This document shows, piece after piece, positions 45,981-54,454 of a stretch of DNA of 64,000 bases. Within the stretch, counting starts at the first letter, position 1, and each line of letters opens with the position of its first letter. Where the stretch lies: IMG/VR virus record IMGVR_UViG_3300023084_000010, positions 1 to 64,000 of that record. One strand, given 5' to 3'. This DNA comes from a virus. The position numbers were made by a program, and so were the translations under genes. The notes under the pieces were generated by a model, which was given only the letters and a program-made list of their open reading frames with translations, was not told where the DNA came from and did no database searches.

Positions 45981-46694
45981 ATGGCCAAAAGAGCGAGAAA
46001 ACAAAATAGCAGGAATTCATTCAACGATATGGTAGTAGAATTACAAACCTATCGTAAAAAGAAAATAACTATTTTACCACGCAATGTACATCAGGAAGAT
46101 TACATTGACTTATTAACTGATCCTCAAAAATCTATTGTATTTGCAACTGGACCAGCAGGCACGGGTAAAACTATGCTGGCAGTCCAAATGGGTATACAAA
46201 AGTATGATAGTGGTGAAATTAATAAAATAGTTGTCACGAGACCTGCTGTTAGCGTAGACGAACAACACGGATTCTTACCAGGTGATCTTAAAGATAAAAT
46301 GGCACCCTGGACTAGACCTATCTTTGATGTTTTAGAAGAACATTGGACACCACAGCAAGTAGAACGTATGATTGAAAATAAAGAAATCGAAATTGCTCCA
46401 CTTGCTTATATGCGTGGTAGAACATTTAAGGAGTGCTGGATAGTTGCAGATGAAATGCAAAACGCTACACCAGAGCAAATGAAAATGTTACTAACACGTA
46501 TTGGTACAGGATCTAAAATAGTTGTTACAGGAGACTTAGCACAACATGATAGAGGATACCAAAATAATGGTTTAAAAGATTTTACCGAACGTTTAACCAC
46601 TAATCACCACACCATCGGGTGTGTACATTTTACAAAACAGGACGTCGAACGACACCCTGCTGTAGTTGATGTTTTAAATATTTACGGCGAGTAA
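45981..46694 (+). CDS. phoH: PhoH-family ATPase
   Basis: GPAGTGKT, GFLPG, YMRGRT, DEMQN and GDLAQ.D; GGAG RBS before ATG 45981. Confidence 0.95.
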   Translation: MAKRARKQNSRNSFNDMVVELQTYRKKKITILPRNVHQEDYIDLLTDPQKSIVFATGPAGTGKTMLAVQMGIQKYDSGEINKIVVTRPAVSVDEQHGFLPGDLKDKMAPWTRPIFDVLEEHWTPQQVERMIENKEIEIAPLAYMRGRTFKECWIVADEMQNATPEQMKMLLTRIGTGSKIVVTGDLAQHDRGYQNNGLKDFTERLTTNHHTIGCVHFTKQDVERHPAVVDVLNIYGE

Positions 46695-47267
46695 CTAAGA
46701 CTTAATAATAGTATTATAAATTTGCGCCCAATTGTCTACTTGTGTTACACCGTCGTATTCAAAATTGGCATTGTGCTGGTGCCGCACAAGGATTGACTTT
46801 AACCCTAAGTCCGCACCGAGTCTTGCGTTTTCTGGCTTATCTTCCAACCACCACATTCCGCTATCTTTGTAAGGAGCAAGTGCTTCATCTTTGTCAGCAC
46901 CAGTATCCAAACAAGTCACAAAGTCAAATACATCACCGAAATGTTTAATTAAGTTTTCTTTACGTAGTTGTCCAGCATAAGGATCCAAGCTCAAGCTAGT
47001 AATAGCACCAAACCGATAACCAGCATCTGCTAGCATTTGGACACCTTCTACTGCATCCCGTAAAGGATTCAAACAACACATCCAAGCACTGTTGTTGTAT
47101 TCACGTACTAGCTCTTTTACATGCTCTTTACGCTGATTGTAAACAACATGCATATCGTAACTAGCAATAGCATTCCGAACAAAGCCTTTAGACTCCATCC
47201 AATCATGAAAGCCAGTTTCCCAATCAAGCATTACGCCGTCAATATCAGTGAGGATTAATTTTGTCAT
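46695..47267 (-). CDS. HAD-family 5'(3')-nucleotidase-like protein
   Basis: DIDGV motif I, ITS, K and EDK..N motif IV. Confidence 0.85.
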   Translation of the reverse strand: MTKLILTDIDGVMLDWETGFHDWMESKGFVRNAIASYDMHVVYNQRKEHVKELVREYNNSAWMCCLNPLRDAVEGVQMLADAGYRFGAITSLSLDPYAGQLRKENLIKHFGDVFDFVTCLDTGADKDEALAPYKDSGMWWLEDKPENARLGADLGLKSILVRHQHNANFEYDGVTQVDNWAQIYNTIIKS

Positions 47268-47288
47268 TTTTATCTTTCTTTTCTCAAC

Positions 47289-47327
47289 TTACATATATAA
47301 TATAAGGCATCTTGGTACAAATGTCAA
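47289..47327 (-). promoter_or_regulatory. early promoter cassette
   Basis: TTGACA-TTTGTACCAAGATGCCT-TATATT-ATATATGTAA. Confidence 0.85.
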
Positions 47328-47650
47328 GAGCTTTTTTCATCTTTTTTGCATTGCTCTCCTATAAGTGTAATAATTGCATCTTCGAGTGTATTCACTTCTT
47401 CTTTAAGACATTCGATTTCTTTAACTTGTTTTGTACTAGTGAATGCCCAAACAAGAGCAATAACCCATGCAATAAAACTCCATCCTAAAAATACGTTTAG
47501 GATAAAGATAGCCAATGTATTATAGTGTCCACGATTCCATGCAACAAACGCTGGAAGAAAGTAAAGCATTACAAGCATTAAAACTAAAACAAAAATACCA
47601 ACAATTGTTGCGTACGGAGTTAATGCTAACATTGTCAATTGGTCTAACAT
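47324..47650 (-). CDS. superinfection immunity (T4 Imm-like) membrane protein
   Basis: YFLP..VA..R.H.N...IF.LN.FLGWS...W..ALVWA. Confidence 0.88.
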   Translation of the reverse strand: MLDQLTMLALTPYATIVGIFVLVLMLVMLYFLPAFVAWNRGHYNTLAIFILNVFLGWSFIAWVIALVWAFTSTKQVKEIECLKEEVNTLEDAIITLIGEQCKKDEKSS

Positions 47651-47658
47651 ATTCTTTC

Positions 47659-47708
47659 CTTTTCTCTGTCTACACTTATAATATAGTGTAAGATGTCTTG
47701 GATGTCAA
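47659..47708 (-). promoter_or_regulatory. early promoter cassette
   Basis: TTGACA-TCCAAGACATCTTACAC-TATATT-ATAAGTGTAGACAGAGAAAAG. Confidence 0.85.
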
Positions 47709-47908
47709 GAGCCTTCCATCATTTTTTTACACTGTAGAATAATCTTTTTTTCTGTATCAGTATAATGTTCCCACCGTTTACTAAATGGAGTATCCATCTC
47801 AGTTAGTTCTTCACCGAGGTAACTCAGCATGTTGGCCAAGGCATAATTATCTCCTGTTTTATAAGTTAGATCCATCATATAACGACCAAGTGCAGGTGCT
47901 GTTACCAT
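47705..47908 (-). CDS. small early hypothetical protein
   Basis: 67-aa ORF in early cluster. Confidence 0.6.
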   Translation of the reverse strand: MVTAPALGRYMMDLTYKTGDNYALANMLSYLGEELTEMDTPFSKRWEHYTDTEKKIILQCKKMMEGS

Positions 47909-48192
47909 GTTTGTGCTTCCACTTCTTTAAATTGTAAATCATGACGGCCCATAGTGCCAACTAGTGCATGGTGCTCGCCTTCGTCGATTGCGTAAATCAT
48001 TGCACTGCGAATTCTATTAGGTTCTTGCAGTGTAATTTTGCTGTATGCTACAGCCATTTCTAAGTTATCAAAACTCTGATACACACGACTGCTTTTGCCT
48101 GGTTGAAACATAACAACGTTGTACGCAACAGCGTTCGAACGAATTGTATGTTCCCAAGCATCCATAGGTTTTAGTTCACCACGTTTAGCCAT
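47902..48192 (-). CDS. small early hypothetical protein
   Basis: 96-aa ORF, TAATG coupling. Confidence 0.65.
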   Translation of the reverse strand: MAKRGELKPMDAWEHTIRSNAVAYNVVMFQPGKSSRVYQSFDNLEMAVAYSKITLQEPNRIRSAMIYAIDEGEHHALVGTMGRHDLQFKEVEAQTW

Positions 48193-48428
48193 TATACATC
48201 CATTTCAAGTTGAGTGTTCATTAGTTCTACAGGCTGTTCAGCAATAACTTTTTCAACAGCTTCGTCCCACGCTTCGTAATACGCTTCGTCGTCTTTAAAA
48301 AACTTGTTTACTCCGCTCATATAGCAATCCGAATCAACAAAGTTCCAGTTGATAGAACCATCATAGTCAATGTTCTCTGGGTTAGCTGCTGCTTCACGAA
48401 CTTGTGCTTCTACTAGTGAGTAAATCAT
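48192..48428 (-). CDS. small acidic early protein
   Basis: GAGG RBS; directly behind promoter cassette. Confidence 0.7.
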   Translation of the reverse strand: MIYSLVEAQVREAAANPENIDYDGSINWNFVDSDCYMSGVNKFFKDDEAYYEAWDEAVEKVIAEQPVELMNTQLEMDV

Positions 48429-48445
48429 TGTGTACCTCTTTATTG

Positions 48446-48485
48446 CTTACATATATAATATAAGCATGATGTCTTGGTTTGTCAA
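48446..48485 (-). promoter_or_regulatory. early promoter cassette
   Basis: TTGACA-AACCAAGACATCATGCT-TATATT-ATATATGTAAG. Confidence 0.85.
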
Positions 48486-48506
48486 GTCTTTTTTTAAAAA
48501 AAGATG

Positions 48507-48704
48507 TCAAATTCCTAAAATTCTTTCAACTTTTTCTTGGAGACCTTTATGAGGATTTTTTTGCAAATGATCCGCAACTTGCTCAAAGTAAAATGCACTA
48601 TCATCATCACCGTTTGCAGTGAGTTTGTTTGCACTAGTTTGAAAAAAATCAATAAGCTCTTTGATGCCTACACGACCGTCTGTGGGTGCTTTAGTTTTCA
48701 TCAT
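48507..48704 (-). CDS. small hypothetical protein
   Basis: 65-aa ORF. Confidence 0.6.
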   Translation of the reverse strand: MMKTKAPTDGRVGIKELIDFFQTSANKLTANGDDDSAFYFEQVADHLQKNPHKGLQEKVERILGI

Positions 48705-49026
48705 TGATCAATGTACTCCATTTTTTAAGTTTGTTACGTTTTACATCTGCACGATCGTACAGTTCTTTCCAATCAAATAAATTGTGTTCACTTAATAGTT
48801 CTAACATACACAATACATCGCCGGCTTCTTCAACTAATAATTCACGGAACTTATCGCTTTCAATGCCTTCGAGTGAATTATACTTTCGCATAATCTTCAT
48901 ACAGACTTGTGTAAGTTCACCACATTCTTCTGCAGTAATTGCCATTAATTGTTGGATATCATTTATCGGTGAGTTCAGGTGTATGTTGCTGGTCATCATC
49001 ATCTTCCACAAATTGTTCATCTTCAA
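48691..49026 (-). CDS. MazG-like nucleotide pyrophosphohydrolase
   Basis: EECGEL...K...LVEEAGDV motif; start uncertain. Confidence 0.8.
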   Translation of the reverse strand: MKMNNLWKMMMTSNIHLNSPINDIQQLMAITAEECGELTQVCMKIMRKYNSLEGIESDKFRELLVEEAGDVLCMLELLSEHNLFDWKELYDRADVKRNKLKKWSTLINDEN

Positions 49027-49111
49027 TCATCTGAAATGCTCGCTCAAACAGCGGATGATTGTAGTTTTGCAAGATTTCTGCAATACTAGTATCAAGTTCA
49101 CTTATCTTCAA
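48959..49111 (-). CDS. small acidic protein (50 aa, not in ORF track)
   Basis: TTG start after GGAGG; MKISELDTSIAEIL... Confidence 0.45.
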   Translation of the reverse strand: MKISELDTSIAEILQNYNHPLFERAFQMIEDEQFVEDDDDQQHTPELTDK

Positions 49112-49346
49112 TCTTGCCTCCAAGTTTTTTAATAATTTGTTTTTCTCTGCGAAGTTCGTGTAAATCTTCTTCTATTTTACCGTATGTACTACAATTCTTT
49201 AATTTATCTTCTACATACCAATATATTGAATATAAATCTTCTTTGCAGCGCCATGTAACATAACCGTCCATACGAGGATCTGATTCAGCCCAAGCGATAC
49301 GATCTACTTGGGCTTTGATCTCTGCTATGGACCAGTCTTTAATCAT
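49098..49346 (-). CDS. hypothetical protein
   Basis: DP.MDGY..W.CK.DLY motif; ATGA coupling. Confidence 0.7.
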   Translation of the reverse strand: MIKDWSIAEIKAQVDRIAWAESDPRMDGYVTWRCKEDLYSIYWYVEDKLKNCSTYGKIEEDLHELRREKQIIKKLGGKIEDK

Positions 49347-49525
49347 ACAGGAACGTTATCGAACATGTCTTCTACATCAGCTTCAAACTTTGCTGCTTCA
49401 TGTTCTTTACGAGCAAGCATACGTATAAGTGAATGACGTGCTGCACGTTTTTCATCTGACGCACCTTCTTCCCATGCAATTAGGACGTCTTTAAGAGTTT
49501 CGATATCTTGAAAAAGTTCTGTCAT
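49343..49525 (-). CDS. small early protein
   Basis: Likely start MTELFQD after GAGG; promoter TTGACA-N17-TATACA at 49555-49583. Confidence 0.65.
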   Translation of the reverse strand: MTELFQDIETLKDVLIAWEEGASDEKRAARHSLIRMLARKEHEAAKFEADVEDMFDNVPV

Positions 49526-49579
49526 GTTAGCCTCTTGTTGATTGCCATAAATTATGTATAACGCATCTTCCGTCAAGTG

Positions 49580-49930
49580 TCAACCTTTAAGATATTTTGG
49601 ACCAGTCCAGTTAATGCTAAAACTTTCAAACACGTTACCACGTGCAACATTTGTTGCAGGAGCATTCCATCCTGCTGCTTTTAAGATGTCGCCTTTTTTA
49701 AACTTAGGACCATCTTCTTTAACAACAAATCCCCAAACACAGCCGTTGTTCTCTTTGGTAATCTTAATATACTTTTTACCTTCTGAATAGCCAATGCCTG
49801 ATTCAAATGCATCTACCATATTTTGTTGTACCGTTGTGTACTCATCATCTCGTAACATCCAATCACGATAGTCAGTTTTGATTGCTTCGATAAGAACTTC
49901 AACGCCAGTTTTAATATCAGTGATTTGCAT
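49580..49930 (-). CDS. early phage protein (GDILKAA.W.APA.N.ARGN motif)
   Basis: G.KYIKI....V.GFV...FK.GDILK motif, recalled from T4-like phages. Confidence 0.8.
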   Translation of the reverse strand: MQITDIKTGVEVLIEAIKTDYRDWMLRDDEYTTVQQNMVDAFESGIGYSEGKKYIKITKENNGCVWGFVVKEDGPKFKKGDILKAAGWNAPATNVARGNVFESFSINWTGPKYLKG

Positions 49931-49938
49931 AGTAACCT

Positions 49939-49988
49939 CTTTTCTCTGTCTACACTTATAATATAAGTATGATGTCTTGGTTTGTCAA
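49939..49988 (-). promoter_or_regulatory. early promoter cassette
   Basis: TTGACA-AACCAAGACATCATACT-TATATT-ATAAGTGTAGACAGAGAAAAG. Confidence 0.85.
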
Positions 49989-49996
49989 CACCTAAA

Positions 49997-50284
49997 TCAA
50001 TCTTTTTTTAGATTTTCTTTGATATCTTCGAGGGCGCCTTCGACACGACTGGGATAGTCGCCAAGATAGGTTCCGGCTTGTAAGTCATCAACATTAATAA
50101 GGTGCTTGTGAAAATGATCAATGTCATCCCATCTCTCCAACATAGTTTTACTCATAGCGTCGAAGAACGCATCACTGAGTATAGGTTCATCTTTTTTGTA
50201 GTACGCATATGCTGCTATTAAGTACCATGGTACCATCATGTTTATGTTTTCAGCAAACAATTCTGCTGCGTGGTCATCTAACAT
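49997..50284 (-). CDS. stand-alone NAD-ligase domain Ia-like protein
   Basis: YAYY..DEPILSDAFFD resembles LigA YY..D.P.ISD.EYD. Confidence 0.6.
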   Translation of the reverse strand: MLDDHAAELFAENINMMVPWYLIAAYAYYKKDEPILSDAFFDAMSKTMLERWDDIDHFHKHLINVDDLQAGTYLGDYPSRVEGALEDIKENLKKD

Positions 50285-50508
50285 TTGATGCCCATTTTAC
50301 GTAACATATCCTGTGCCATGCTTACATCAGACTCGGCAGGTTGTTCTAGTAATTGGTCGATAACCATTTCTTGCAGTGTAACAGCCATTTTAAAATCTTC
50401 TTCGCTGAGAGATTTCATCCATTCTAGTACTTCATCAGTTGTATCAAATGACCACAACTTATCTAACATTTCTACTTGCTTAGTAGTCAATCCTTCAATA
50501 CGTATCAT
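50278..50508 (-). CDS. small hypothetical protein
   Basis: 76-aa ORF. Confidence 0.65.
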   Translation of the reverse strand: MIRIEGLTTKQVEMLDKLWSFDTTDEVLEWMKSLSEEDFKMAVTLQEMVIDQLLEQPAESDVSMAQDMLRKMGIKC

Positions 50509-50517
50509 ACTAGAGTC

Positions 50518-51060
50518 CTATTCAAATAAGTTTGGAGCAGAGTTTTCTTGAACAAATAAATCAGGAAACTGGTTTTTTGGAATATCTTCATCTGCTGCAG
50601 ATGTTTTTGTTCCGTCCAAATAAAAGTTAATAGCCTGAATATTTAAATTAAAGTTATCGACTGCAACTTCTGCAATAGAATATACAGTATCGACTATTTC
50701 ATTGTCAGCTACATTAAACAATTCTTTTTGACCTTGACTGCCTGGTACATGTTTATCTGCTAGTACTTTATGTGCTATTTCTTCAATTTCGTGAGTTTCT
50801 TTGTTAGTAGAAACAATAATTTCTGCATAGATTCTAAAATCGACGCCTGGTTGGTTACGACCACGCATTAATGCAGTTTTGAATTTACCTCTTCCGACTT
50901 TAAGTAATCCACGTGCAGTGATTCCTGTTTCGAAATCATCGACGTGTACCCTACCGAAGTATAAAAGAAATTCTTCGTTTCCTTTTGCTTCCATATTAGA
51001 CGCAGTATAGCCTTCGCTTATACGCTGTTGTCTTGCTTGTTGGTAACCTAAACCTTGCAT
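50518..51060 (-). CDS. T5orf172/GIY-YIG-like protein
   Basis: LYF, LKVG, IE...H..L and E.F pattern. Confidence 0.5.
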   Translation of the reverse strand: MQGLGYQQARQQRISEGYTASNMEAKGNEEFLLYFGRVHVDDFETGITARGLLKVGRGKFKTALMRGRNQPGVDFRIYAEIIVSTNKETHEIEEIAHKVLADKHVPGSQGQKELFNVADNEIVDTVYSIAEVAVDNFNLNIQAINFYLDGTKTSAADEDIPKNQFPDLFVQENSAPNLFE

Positions 51061-51062
51061 TA

Positions 51063-51428
51063 TTATGATCCCATTACTAGTTCAAAACCATTTTCGAGAG
51101 TAGCATCGAAGTCTTCGATGTAAGTATGCCAGTCGCCTTGTTGCTTTGCTTGTTGAAAGCAAGACTCTGCAGCACGCCAAAAGTCACGCACTGTGCCACC
51201 GGCAGTGAAAGCACTAACTTCTACCCAAGCAGTGTCATTTTGAATTTCTTCCATTGTAGCATCGCCACGAATGAAACGATAAAACACACGATGACTTTTT
51301 TCTTGGAAGATTGTTTGGTCAATGTTATCGGCTTCCCAAATGCTCCAAGTAGTTTCAAAGCCTTGATCTGCTTGTTGTGCATCCCAATATTCAATTGTTT
51401 GCATTGTGTTATCAACTGCTACTGTCAT
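51063..51428 (-). CDS. early hypothetical protein
   Basis: WS..E...W.AA......GD.H.YIE.F...L..GS; GGAG RBS; behind promoter cassette. Confidence 0.75.
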   Translation of the reverse strand: MTVAVDNTMQTIEYWDAQQADQGFETTWSIWEADNIDQTIFQEKSHRVFYRFIRGDATMEEIQNDTAWVEVSAFTAGGTVRDFWRAAESCFQQAKQQGDWHTYIEDFDATLENGFELVMGS

Positions 51429-51449
51429 TTGGTATCTCCGTTTAACTAA

Positions 51450-51524
51450 CTTACATATATAATATAAGACATCTTGGTACGAATGTCAATAGAAAACGCA
51501 AAAAAAGAATCCTGCGTTTTCAAT
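51450..51524 (-). promoter_or_regulatory. stem-loop plus early promoter cassette (copy 1)
   Basis: GAAAACGCA/TGCGTTTTC hairpin then TTGACA-N17-TATATT; 42 bp identical to 52168-52209. Confidence 0.85.
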
Positions 51525-51534
51525 AGTTTATAAT

Positions 51535-52113
51535 TTATTTTGCAGCATGATATGTATTGTAAACATACTGCCACATTTGGCTAATGTTCTCTACCTGGCT
51601 ATCTAATTTTAAAACAGCACGTGCAACAATGTTTGATTCTGCATCAATATGTTTTGCTGAATAAAAACAATCTTGCAACATGTTTAGTGCATGTGTTTTA
51701 ACTTGAGCATAACGCAAGTTTTCGAGTTTTGTTGCTTTCCATTTTTTTCCTGCATACTTACCGGTTTGGATACGACAAGTATTAGAACGTGAACAGCAAG
51801 TATAACCTTGATCTTCTAATAGGTCTTTATAGATTTTGTAGTTTTCTTCTAATTCTTTTTTGGATACGTGATCCAATTCTACGTAATCTACTACCCAGTC
51901 ATTGATGTTAGTGTTAGCTAACACACGGTAAAAAGAAGTAGTTGCACCCGATTGTGCAGAATCTTTTCCGCTAAGTGCATATGCTGCTTTGGAAAAGGCA
52001 TTAGCAATGTTTACATTTTTCTTAAACTGTTCTTGTTTTGTAGCCCAAATGTGATATAATTTTTGTTGGTCATTAACAAAAACACAAAGTGTATGTGGAA
52101 GTTTGACGGTCAT
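51535..52113 (-). CDS. hypothetical protein flanked by duplicated cassettes
   Basis: 192-aa ORF, GAGG RBS. Confidence 0.7.
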   Translation of the reverse strand: MTVKLPHTLCVFVNDQQKLYHIWATKQEQFKKNVNIANAFSKAAYALSGKDSAQSGATTSFYRVLANTNINDWVVDYVELDHVSKKELEENYKIYKDLLEDQGYTCCSRSNTCRIQTGKYAGKKWKATKLENLRYAQVKTHALNMLQDCFYSAKHIDAESNIVARAVLKLDSQVENISQMWQYVYNTYHAAK

Positions 52114-52134
52114 ATTATTACCTCATTTCTAACG

Positions 52135-52209
52135 CTTACATATATAATATAAGCATGACATCTCGGTATGTCAATAGAAAACGCAAAAAAAGAATCCTGC
52201 GTTTTCAAT
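52135..52209 (-). promoter_or_regulatory. stem-loop plus early promoter cassette (copy 2)
   Basis: Same hairpin and TTGACA-TACCGAGATGTCATGCT-TATATT. Confidence 0.85.
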
Positions 52210-52220
52210 GAGTTTTAATT

Positions 52221-52679
52221 TTATTTGCGATTTCCTAGATAATCTTTTTCTTTGTAACTCTTAATCATATGACAACGACAACACAGTGTGTTAATATTGT
52301 CTTCTGTATCGCTACCACCATGACTTTTTAGTTTAATATGGTCACCGTGCATAACACCTCGAGCCACTCTTACTTGATGATAAGGATCTTCGATTGATAT
52401 AATCTCAGGATCTTCACGTGGATCATACCCACATGTGTTACATTCCCAACCTCTATAAAATGTATGTGGACGTTCGGGCTTGCCCATTCCACCATACTCT
52501 ACACATTCGAGTTGATGTTCTTCACACAGTATGTTACCACCAGGTCCATCGAATATACTCAAATCATTATCACAGTCTTCAAGCATACACTTAGCACCTC
52601 GGTTGTACTGCTCACGCAGTACTCCCGGGCTTTTCATCTTACGATTATCTTTATCTAACAACTTAGCCATTAGTCCCAC
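52221..52679 (-). CDS. HNH endonuclease (Zn-finger type)
   Basis: CNTCG...DHI..KSHGG.D...N..TLCCRCH..KS. Confidence 0.85.
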   Translation of the reverse strand: MGLMAKLLDKDNRKMKSPGVLREQYNRGAKCMLEDCDNDLSIFDGPGGNILCEEHQLECVEYGGMGKPERPHTFYRGWECNTCGYDPREDPEIISIEDPYHQVRVARGVMHGDHIKLKSHGGSDTEDNINTLCCRCHMIKSYKEKDYLGNRK

Positions 52680-53809
52680 AAGTCCTCTTTAGAAACTGTG
52701 AAGCCGTTGTTTGGCGTGTAATTAGGAGTTTTAAGATTTGTACTTTTCTTCAACTGTGCAATTAAGAACGGAAGTCCTGTACGCATCTCTGTAGTAAACC
52801 CTCGTACACCCCAATCGTTGTAGCTGTCTGGGTTAGCTTTCGCATACCAGCTTTCGTATGCCATTTTAACTTTATCCCAAAACATTCCGTTAGGAGAAAA
52901 GTCTGCTTCAAAGAAGTCTTTAGTAAACTCTACAAACTCTTTTACATACTCATCATCTACTGTAATGCCTTGTTCGTAACACAGGTTAAAGTATTCAAAC
53001 AACTGTCTAGCTTCTTTAGCATCAACTGGGCGTTTTGCATTTAAGCGAGTCCAGTAGTCTGCAAACATACGAGTTACTTCTGGATTTTTACGTGTTTTCA
53101 GGCTCTTGCTCATTGTAGTATCTGCAAGCAATGTAAATGCACCTGCTTCGTCGTCATCACCAAACTTGCTGTTAGTAGCAAACAAGTCTGCATCACGGAA
53201 GTAGTCATTTTTCTTTGCAGTGTCTACCCATTCTTGGTCTGTTGCACCATCAACTTTAACACCATAAACCATTTGCTTATATGTGTCGATAAAGTCTAGT
53301 GGTTGTTTTGCATCGCCATTCAATAAAATAAAGTTACGACGAATTTCAAGTTTTTGACTTGTGCAATATACAACAATTGGGATCTCACATGCCTTTAGGC
53401 GATCACCAAATACTTTAGTAGCCAAGATATACAAAGCAAGAGCCGTATGCTGGCCATCCCAAGCCACATAATTTCCATCCTCGTTTACGTAAACTTGGAT
53501 AGCCATAACCATTGTTTCACGGAAGTTTTGTAAAATTTCTAGTACGTGGCGCATATTAGGTTGTCGTTGCATACTAGCATCAATGAGAATTTTATCTAGT
53601 GGAGTTACCTGTGCTTTGCACAGTTGTAAGTCACTAAACTTTTTCCATTGTTTATTTTTGCGTTTAAATTCGGACACCATTTGATCTAGCTGTGCAGCGA
53701 AAAATGGTGCTTTCTCTAGTGCTTCGTTTAATCGTTCTTGTAGTGTGACAAAGTTAGATGCACTAGTTTCGTACTCTTTGTTCACACGGGTTGCGTATGA
53801 TAGTTCCAT
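52670..53809 (-). CDS. ParB/Srx-fold (DGQHR-like) protein
   Basis: ID..MQR, WDGQHT and F..LN motifs. Confidence 0.7.
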   Translation of the reverse strand: MELSYATRVNKEYETSASNFVTLQERLNEALEKAPFFAAQLDQMVSEFKRKNKQWKKFSDLQLCKAQVTPLDKILIDASMQRQPNMRHVLEILQNFRETMVMAIQVYVNEDGNYVAWDGQHTALALYILATKVFGDRLKACEIPIVVYCTSQKLEIRRNFILLNGDAKQPLDFIDTYKQMVYGVKVDGATDQEWVDTAKKNDYFRDADLFATNSKFGDDDEAGAFTLLADTTMSKSLKTRKNPEVTRMFADYWTRLNAKRPVDAKEARQLFEYFNLCYEQGITVDDEYVKEFVEFTKDFFEADFSPNGMFWDKVKMAYESWYAKANPDSYNDWGVRGFTTEMRTGLPFLIAQLKKSTNLKTPNYTPNNGFTVSKEDLWD

Positions 53810-53891
53810 TTACTTTTCCTTTAGTTGCGGCCTCCGGCCTATGCGGACCTACTCGTCCTAGTTTTCGTAAACGTTATTGCTTACATTATTT

Positions 53892-53920
53892 AATATAGTT
53901 TCTAATTGTTAATATGTCAA
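53892..53920 (-). promoter_or_regulatory. sigma70-type promoter
   Basis: TTGACA-17 nt-TATATT. Confidence 0.8.
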
Positions 53921-54454
53921 GACATTTGCAAACTTTTTTGCACCTTTTGACACATTTTTTTTCCATGCTTCTGCTGGGTCTTCATCGGAATCAGTGTCAC
54001 TAATATATTTGTAACAGTAAAACGAATGGATACCAAACTGTCTTACTACGCTAGCAATTGCATATGCTTCCATGTCCACAATGTGATAAGGATCTTCTGG
54101 ACGAGCAAAACTATCACCGGTGCCACATACAATTTCTGTGTCTCTGTTGCTGGTATAAATGTAAGGCACTTGACGTTCTTGTGTCACAAACTTGGGAAAG
54201 CCAAGTGGAGTTAAATCCATGTCACGTTCTACTAGTGCACTAACACCTAATAGTTCTCCAGCAACACTGTCATCTCCACCTCCAGCTGTTCCATAATTGT
54301 AAACTAATTCAGTATGTGGGTTTGCGGTAAGATATCTTGCCACTTTGCTTGCTGCATTTATTTTACCAATGCCAGTATACACAACATTCATACCTTTTGG
54401 TGCCATTGACATTGGAAATTCATCTTCTAGTGCAACAAAAATTACTGTACTCAT
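53909..54454 (-). CDS. MTA/SAH (5'-deoxyadenosine) nucleosidase-like phosphorylase-family protein
   Basis: TGIGKINAA, NYGTAG, TGDSF, DMEAYA and KYISD motifs. Confidence 0.88.
   Translation of the reverse strand: MSTVIFVALEDEFPMSMAPKGMNVVYTGIGKINAASKVARYLTANPHTELVYNYGTAGGGDDSVAGELLGVSALVERDMDLTPLGFPKFVTQERQVPYIYTSNRDTEIVCGTGDSFARPEDPYHIVDMEAYAIASVVRQFGIHSFYCYKYISDTDSDEDPAEAWKKNVSKGAKKFANVLTY

Noticed and set aside
51535-52113. Degenerate GIY-YIG homing endonuclease
   Set aside because: Only a vague resemblance; the catalytic motif is not identifiable.
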